From: the human T2T-CHM13v2.0 reference genome, Homo sapiens
Reading direction: 5' to 3' (one strand)
Assembly: GCF_009914755.1 (NCBI RefSeq)
Contig: NC_060937.1
Length of the DNA stretch: 64,000 nucleotides
Part shown: in pieces, positions 57,101-64,000 of the stretch
How positions within the stretch are numbered: the first letter of the stretch is position 1
How the letters are laid out: every line of letters begins with the position of its first letter
Notes under the pieces: model-generated
Database searches by the model: none
The model's input: only the letters and a program-made list of their open reading frames with translations
What the model was told of the DNA's origin: nothing
Made by a program: the position numbers and the translations under genes

Positions 57101-59094
57101 GGTACTTCAGGAAACAAAAATAAATTGGATTAAAGATGAGCAGAGAATTCTCATATTCAGAATGCTTGCAGACACATGCAAATTGGAGTCAAAATAGATG
57201 ACATAAAAAGCATAAATGGTGGGAAATTGGTAAATCAAACACCAGCTGTTCTTAAATTCATAATAAACAGATAGAAGCAAGGTTACAGATCAAATTGGGT
57301 GGTGAGAAACTGTGAATGTAAGGAAAAAGAATGTGTTTAGGGAATAACTTTTGTGAGAAACAAGAAAGAATGTGGGTGGGCTTAATGCTTTGCCCATAGT
57401 AATAACTAAATTAATATTTACTTTTAAAATTTTTAAAATCACAAATAAAAATGGCAGCCAAACACGGCTGATTTTTTTTTTCTTTTTTGGTCAGTACAAA
57501 CCTGTGACAATATCTTCTTGTTTGTGAGAAACTATTCAGTACCTAGCTCAGCATAGCTTGATTACAAGTTGCAAGTTCTTTATCTACAAAATAGACATAA
57601 TACAGCCTACATTTCCCAGGGTTGTTATAGAAGTTAATTAATGTTTATAATACCCTCTAGGATACAAAGTGAAAACTCTGCTACTCACATATGAACACAG
57701 AATAATCTGAAAGGCCTACTTAAGTCCATTTGCCCATAGTGAATAATCAGTCTAACAAATGGAGAAATTAATATCTACTTTTATATACTTTTACTTGATA
57801 AAGTTGTATTTCTTAACCATAACAAGTAAAAAATAGAAAGATAATATAACAAAATACTAAGACAGGTTTCCAGAACCAATGAAACTGAAAGATTGACTCA
57901 CTTATGGCAAGTGAAGGATAATTGTGGAATGCCCCATAAAGACAAAAACAGATATGGACTCTAAAGGAACTAAATACTCCTAAATAGTTAAGGAAGCAAA
58001 TTATGTTTATGAAGAAAAATGATTGTCACTTTAGGAAACAACTTCTCATTATTGTAAAATGCATTGTGTATCTAAGGGGATTAATAAATAAAAAGTCAAA
58101 AATTACATACTTTGTAATGATGTAATGACTTCTCCAGCTCAAGATTGTGTGTTGGTGAGTTCACCAAGAGGGAACTCCTTTAATCCTGCTTCCAGAGAGA
58201 AGTATATAAGCTTTCACAGCTTTGACCATCAAATTCTTATAAATAAAACCATTACATATTAATTGATTGTGATTCATTTTGTCAGTTTCATAAAATTGTT
58301 GTCAAATCTCACTTGACTCTTCCTTTGTGAATGGGAGAAACTGCTTAATATGCCTGTAGTATTTCAACACTGTATCAGAAGCTGTGATATATATATTTTA
58401 AATGGTTCTTTTGCTTGTCTATAAAAAGCTTAAAATACGGATGAAGATAATGTTCCCAGGGTGCAACAGAATATTCCTAGGAACATTCCTTGCAAAACAA
58501 CAGAGAAGTAGAACTGACTTCCACCTCCGTTACCGTGGGGCTGCAAAGAAAGAGAACAATCATCAGAGCACAATTAACACAGAATCATGGGCTTGAATAG
58601 ATTCCATTTTGCATTTTTCATAGCTATTTAAAGTGCTTAAGTGTTGCTTTCCTAATTTTAAGACCTTTGTGGAATTGAAGTCAGAAATCTGAGTAGAAGA
58701 GCAGCTTCTGCCTTTTTCTAACCTTTCAGCCTGGACAATCCTTTTCTCTTAGCCTCAGTCTTCTCTATGAAGCTGAGTTACTATTTACATCTTAATGAGG
58801 TGGGAAGAGAAAATTAAATGGAATAACCTGTGAACAAACATAATTCATCACGATGGCTCAATACTTGTTTATTTGAGACAATTTTGAGAGAATTGGGACT
58901 TGGGGTCAGTCATAATTTAAAACATTTTGAAAACTACATGGGTTTAAAAGAGCACATATGTTCCGAAAGTAATATAGAAGTAGGTATATATTAATTGCTC
59001 AACAGGTTTTTATTTAAAAGTTAAATAACTTGGAAGTGATCACTCTATTACATGTAATAAGAAAAAGCTCAACAAACTTAAACATGTTCTCTTG

Positions 59095-59955
59095 GACCCA
59101 TTACAGAACTGCGGTTTTGGGGTTAACCACCCCAAAATCTGGAGAGACAGGCACAGCTGACAGGTGGAGTTGATATACCTGGACAGAAGCTACCAGAGAC
59201 ATAATCTGGTAGAACACTTAGATGGTAATTTTAATAAATTGCTGGAAGCTGGGTGTGGGTTAGTTTGAAAGTGAGGAGCTAGTAAGGACCATGTTCTTAG
59301 AGACTAGAGTACTAGTTTCTAACTAGAAACTTAGTTCTTAGAGCTAAGAAAAATCCCCTTTTGGCTTTAGCAGAAGGAAGGGAAAGTAACAGCTGTGAAA
59401 TATACCAAGAAAATTCTCTAAAACAAAGGCCTAACCCCACAGGAAAAGACTTTATCAGAGCCTGATCTACCTGTGGAAAGGTCATTTACCTGAGTGTAGG
59501 CCCCTCCAGCCTTCCTGTTTCACCTGAGAGGAGTGGGGAAGCTAAAAAAAATGTGTGAAAGTGAAGGTTGCAGCTCAGGAACACAAGCCCACTAAGAGAT
59601 GGAGGATGAGTCATGAATTTCCAGAACATTTTCCATCTTCCACATCTATCACTACACCAAAAGTGAATTTTCACTAAAAGATGTACAAGATACAGACCAT
59701 CTCTTTGAGCAGAACCACTTAGGAAAGTCTGGAGTTAACAGGTGAGACAAAGGCAAGGCCAATAGAGGAATATGACGACTCTGACCCCTGGAGTACCAAT
59801 AAACCTTCAACACAACCCAAATTCTAGACAGGTTAACATAAGCCCCCAAACTATAGTCCTATTACCTCCACTCCTATTGTCCTATACAACACGCCCAGCT
59901 TTCAACTACAACAAAAAAATTACAAGCCATGACACAGGCAAGAAAAAAAAACACA
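59095..59955 (+). mobile_element. L1M4-type (L1MB-lineage) 5' region
   Basis: ccccaaaatctggagagacagg...ggtaattttaataaattgctgga...ccctccagccttcctgtttcacct...cagctttcaac...aaaaattacaag. Confidence 0.7.
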
Positions 59956-59959
59956 AGAG

Positions 59960-60736
59960 AGCCACATTTAGACATGACCCAGGATACTAGGCCTGGCCAA
60001 TGGAGGAGGATGAAAAGATACTGCTGGAGAAGAGGAATGTGCTTCCTGACTTTGGTGTTCTTGCTCTGAAGGCTCCTGCGGCATGGGTGGCCCAGGCAAT
60101 ACACTGTAGCCAGCAGCACGCAGCACGCAGTGGGCCGTGGCTCCCCTGCAGCATCTTAGAGCTCTGTAAGTTCCAAAGGGTGAAGTTTCACCAAATTCCA
60201 TCAGAATGCCCCAACAGAAACCTATGTGCCATACAGTGATCGGTGACTATGTCCTCACCAGTGAGGTCTGGGAGCCTAGTTTTCAGCCTGGGAGGAAGTG
60301 GGGTGGTTCTTCCTTGGGTACTGTATCTTAGCACCAGTGATGACAGCTATTATATTAGATCATGTTGGATCATACCATATCATATTATGCCAGATTTTAT
60401 TTTATTTAATTATGTTACATTGTATTACATTTTACTCTTCGTATAATATCTATATTACATAGGTATGTTATATTGTGTCATATCATATCTGCTCATCTTA
60501 TATTCTTTAGAATTTTTTAAATTCTTTACAATTCTTTTTGCTTCTTGACATTCCTCCATTATTTCAATACTCTGTAAAAGTTAATAATTATTTATGTTAT
60601 ATATTTATTTATAAATTTTTCTCTTTATCTTTAATTGTTCACTTTTTATCTTTAATTGTTTATATTTTATAGTATACATTTACCTGTTCGAATTACTGTG
60701 CAATTTCACTTTCTACATTGGACCAAGGCTGATAAA
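59960..60736 (+). mobile_element. LTR33/LTR41-like ERVL LTR containing a degenerate AT-rich pentamer tract (60350-60490)
   Basis: 3' part tattctttag...gttaataatt...ctgttcgaattactgtg...ggaccaaggctgata resembles the LTR33/41 terminus. Confidence 0.5.
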
Positions 60737-60919
60737 GAAAAACATATTTTAATGGCCGTCATTTTATGCCACTAAGTTTCGGGTGGTGTGTTATTCATAA
60801 ACATTAACCAAATTTGGAATGTGAGTAATTAAGTAATAAATTGATAATTTTGAACTTTGTCACATTGCTTGAAATTCTCTTGCAACTGGATCAAATAAGA
60901 TTTTCTAAATATTTTCTAT

Positions 60920-61100
60920 ATTCAGTTACTCTGTGTCTGAAGTTTCTCTAAGTCTCAATTTTTTGATCTGCAAAGGTATCTGGGGGTAATAACAATATTT
61001 ACTTCTTAATAGAGTTTAATGTGAATATCAAAGAAATACTCTGTACAAAAGACTTAGCACAATATGTGGAATATAGAAGGTATATTAACTAATAAAATAA
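60920..61100 (+). mobile_element. MIR
   Basis: ctctaagtctcaatttttgatctgcaaa...ggggtaataacaat...gacttagcacaat. Confidence 0.55.
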
Positions 61101-61955
61101 TATTAAAACTGTAGGTCTTCTCATTGATGCTACTTTTGTAATAGTTAGAATTATTCTAAAAATTGCTACCAAAAATTACATCAAGTAAATATTTATGGCA
61201 ACCCATTAAGGAAGAATATAAATGGAAAATGTGCAAAATAAAAAAAAAATTACTTGATCCTTTTGTGTGTACCATTCATATTGTTCAAGACTCGTACTTT
61301 TAAAATAGAGTCATATAAGACAAATATTATATAGTGTGGAACCTAAGTTCTTTAGAAAATGAAAAGGGACCTCCACCTAATATGTAGATATTCAGGAAAT
61401 AAATCATGTAGGTAGAAAACACCTCCTATATTTTCTTTTGGTTATACATTTTTAAATAAATGTTATAAATTTATTTCATAAATTTTTGGTAGATAAGTCA
61501 GAAATTTTTTCCTTTACCTTTCCAAAATAAAGAATCTTTCTGCTTTAATTTCACAGCCTTTTGACAGACCACTTACCTATTCCATACTCACCAATTAATT
61601 GCTTAATTTGGCTAAGACCTGCAAGGCTGTGATCTAAAATCCCTTCTTAATAAAAGCCTTCTCGGCCTCCAGCTCTGATTTCTCATTGCGTCTTACATGC
61701 AGATCTACAATAATACGTTCACACTGCATTGTAAATGAATTTTCCCTTTTATCTGTCTATGTGCTTCAGGACCATAATAAATCAAGGATAAACTCAGTGT
61801 CTGACACCCAAGATTAGCACCTTTTGTTGGAAGAAGTATGAATGAACAAATGACTCAGTGAATGACACAACACACTTCATTTTCTGCTCATTGCCAGGCT
61901 CTACACACCAAAACCAATGAATATAGAGACAATTCCAAAACAAGGAGAAGGCAAA

Positions 61956-62240
61956 TGTATTAGTCCATTCTCTCGCTGCTAATAAAGACATACCCAAGAC
62001 TGGGTAATTTATAAAGGCAAGAGGCTTAATTGACTCACAGTTCAGCATGGCTGGGGCGGCCTCAGGAAACTTACAATCATGGCCTAAGGGGAAGCAAACA
62101 CTCAAACTCACTATCAAGAGAACAGCATGGGGGAAACAACCCCCATGATTCAATTCTCTCTACCTGGTCCTGCCCTTGACATGTGGGGATTATTACAATT
62201 CGAGGTGATATTTGAGTGGGGACACAGCCAAACCATATCA
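61956..62240 (-). mobile_element. THE1 solo LTR with ~80 bp internal deletion
   Basis: tgtattagtcc...gccaaaccatatca, only 285 bp long. TSD gcaaa/gcaag. Confidence 0.93.
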
Positions 62241-62539
62241 GCAAGTTTGTCACTAGATTATGAAATAAAATATTTCAAGTAGTGACTATAATGCACACAA
62301 ATGTACACATATGGAATTTGGAAAAATGAAGTGATCACCATCTAAATATTGAGTATCTGTTTTATTCAGAGATATCATATAATTGAGTTATACAAATATA
62401 ATTCCAGATTATCATTTTTTGTGAAAATAGGTAAGAAAAATCAAGAAAGACTTATATTAACAGTTATGAACAGTTTATCCATGGATTAAAATATCACACA
62501 ATAAATGTTAAAGGAATGGTCCTTTTCCACATTAGTTTT

Positions 62540-62636
62540 TTATTTATTTATTTATTTATTTATTATTATTATTATACTTGAAGTTTTAGGGTACATGTGC
62601 ACAATGTGCAGGTTAGTTACATATGTATACATGTCA
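62540..62636 (-). mobile_element. Extremely 5'-truncated young L1PA (about 60 bp of 3' UTR plus microsatellite tail)
   Basis: ttatacttgaagttttagggtacatgtgcacaatgtgcaggttagttacatatgtatacatgt with 14-bp TSD tccacattagtttt (62526-62539 and 62637-62650), followed by aa. Confidence 0.93.
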
Positions 62637-62879
62637 TCCACATTAGTTTTAAATTCAAAAACTATTTTACAACTTATTTGAATAATTAATATTAAAAACA
62701 GCATTGCCTTGGGATGATTTGTCAGGAGATGCTGAAAGTATAAAGTCTCAGTGTTTCAGAGCCACAAGATTAGAAATCAAATGACATCATTTCTTTTCTT
62801 CCTTTGAGTGCATATATGCCTGTGTTTCTATTACATGCAAGATGGCTGAGTAAAATGGAAAGGTCACTTGCTTATTTTC

Positions 62880-63100
62880 AAGTCAGAAAGACCATATTAG
62901 AATTCCAATTCTAACACACAGTAGCAATGTGACATTGGGAAATTTATTCAACCTTTTTGGGTTTTATAGTTACCTCATCTGACATCTGGGTGTAATAACC
63001 TTGCCTGTATGGGGTTGTCATGAGAACTGATGAGATAACAGAGGTGGTAGTGTGAGTAGAGCCTGGCAGAGAGACACTTTCTAAAGTCAAAGAATTAGTC
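62880..63100 (+). mobile_element. MIR
   Basis: gtgacattgggaaatttattcaacct...agttacctcatctgaca...ggggttgtcatgagaact. Confidence 0.55.
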
Positions 63101-63374
63101 CCTGGGCTGATGGGGTAACAAAGATAGATACTTAAGCTGACCTCAAGGAATGTAATGTCATTGGAGACAATGGAGAGCAATGATATCTGCCCTCCTCATC
63201 CAGTATGTTTCATTAAAATAATGATTAAATGAATAAAGTATATGGCAGAGATTGAAAATATAAGGTGGTGTGATAAAATACAAGAATATTATTTCACAAT
63301 AAAAGAAGAGGTTCAGAGAGCTAAGTTGAACTGTTCCCTAAATAGATGCTATTAATGATTTCACTAATGACACC

Positions 63375-64000
63375 TGTTAGAAAGGGTCTCTGAGGCACCA
63401 CCTTAAATGTCTTAAACATGCTTTCCAGTCACCCCCTTGGCTTCATCTTTAGGTTCTGTTTTCTTGACAATGTCCTGGATTTATTCTCTGCCCAAAAGCC
63501 ATTTTTTAATCTCAGCAGACTTTGCCATCTGGACAGACTAGGAATAAAGAAGAGTTTTATTTTCAAACCCAGCAAATCCCAGGTCTTTTGTAGTTAACAG
63601 TTCTTTCTCTAGTTTGTCTCACCCTCTCTCATTTGTCATGTGGAGGTAGAGAAAGTCACGTGGTCCTGTGGTTCACTACCTGTTTCAAAATCTCTTCACT
63701 ACATTATCAACTTAATTAGAACCCTTGTTGATTTCCTATGTTACTTCAGGCAACAACGTTGTGAAACTTATTGCTAGTATAAAGCAAGGGTCTCCTTTCT
63801 GCCAGCTTTTACTATCATTTTAATTTTTCATATTTTTTGTTAAGCCCTACTCAGAAGCCTCCTCCAGGCCCATTATGTCTCTGCTAACTCTCTCCAAGGT
63901 TCTCTTGTGAACATCGTTTAGTGTCTTCCTCGATTGTGTCCACTGCGTCAGCCCAGAGCTAATGTCAGTGTTTGGGTTGTTATAGGAGCACCTTCCTCCA
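63375..64000 (-). mobile_element. MLT1-internal (MaLR) sequence, running off the window end
   Basis: aagggtctctgaggcacc...ttttcaaacccagcaaatcc...aagcaagggtctcctttct...ttgttataggagcacc resembles the MLT1-int 5' portion. Confidence 0.6.

Overview
AT-rich primate (human-like) genomic DNA, apparently intergenic or deep intronic. I found no host protein-coding exon, RNA gene or CpG island. The window is dominated by interspersed repeats: eight Alus (AluY, AluS, AluJ and partial copies), L1 fragments from L1M to L1PA2, about 12 MaLR insertions (one full-length THE1 plus THE1, MSTA and MLT1 LTRs), older ERVL-type LTRs, L2, MIR and MER5A. The only long ORF (49729-51684) is the C-terminal half of L1 ORF2p in a 5'-truncated L1PA2-like copy. 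The most notable structure is at 22388-25153 on the minus strand. There, an old L1PA15-like element carries about 185 bp at its extreme 5' end that closely resembles exon 1 (5' UTR to start codon) of a ZNF91/ZNF93-clade KRAB zinc-finger gene. The whole unit lies between candidate target-site duplications with a TTTT/AA L1 endonuclease site. This suggests a retrotransposed KRAB-ZNF/L1 chimeric transcript (5' transduction). All family and subfamily calls come from recalled consensus sequences, not from a database search, and many boundaries are approximate.
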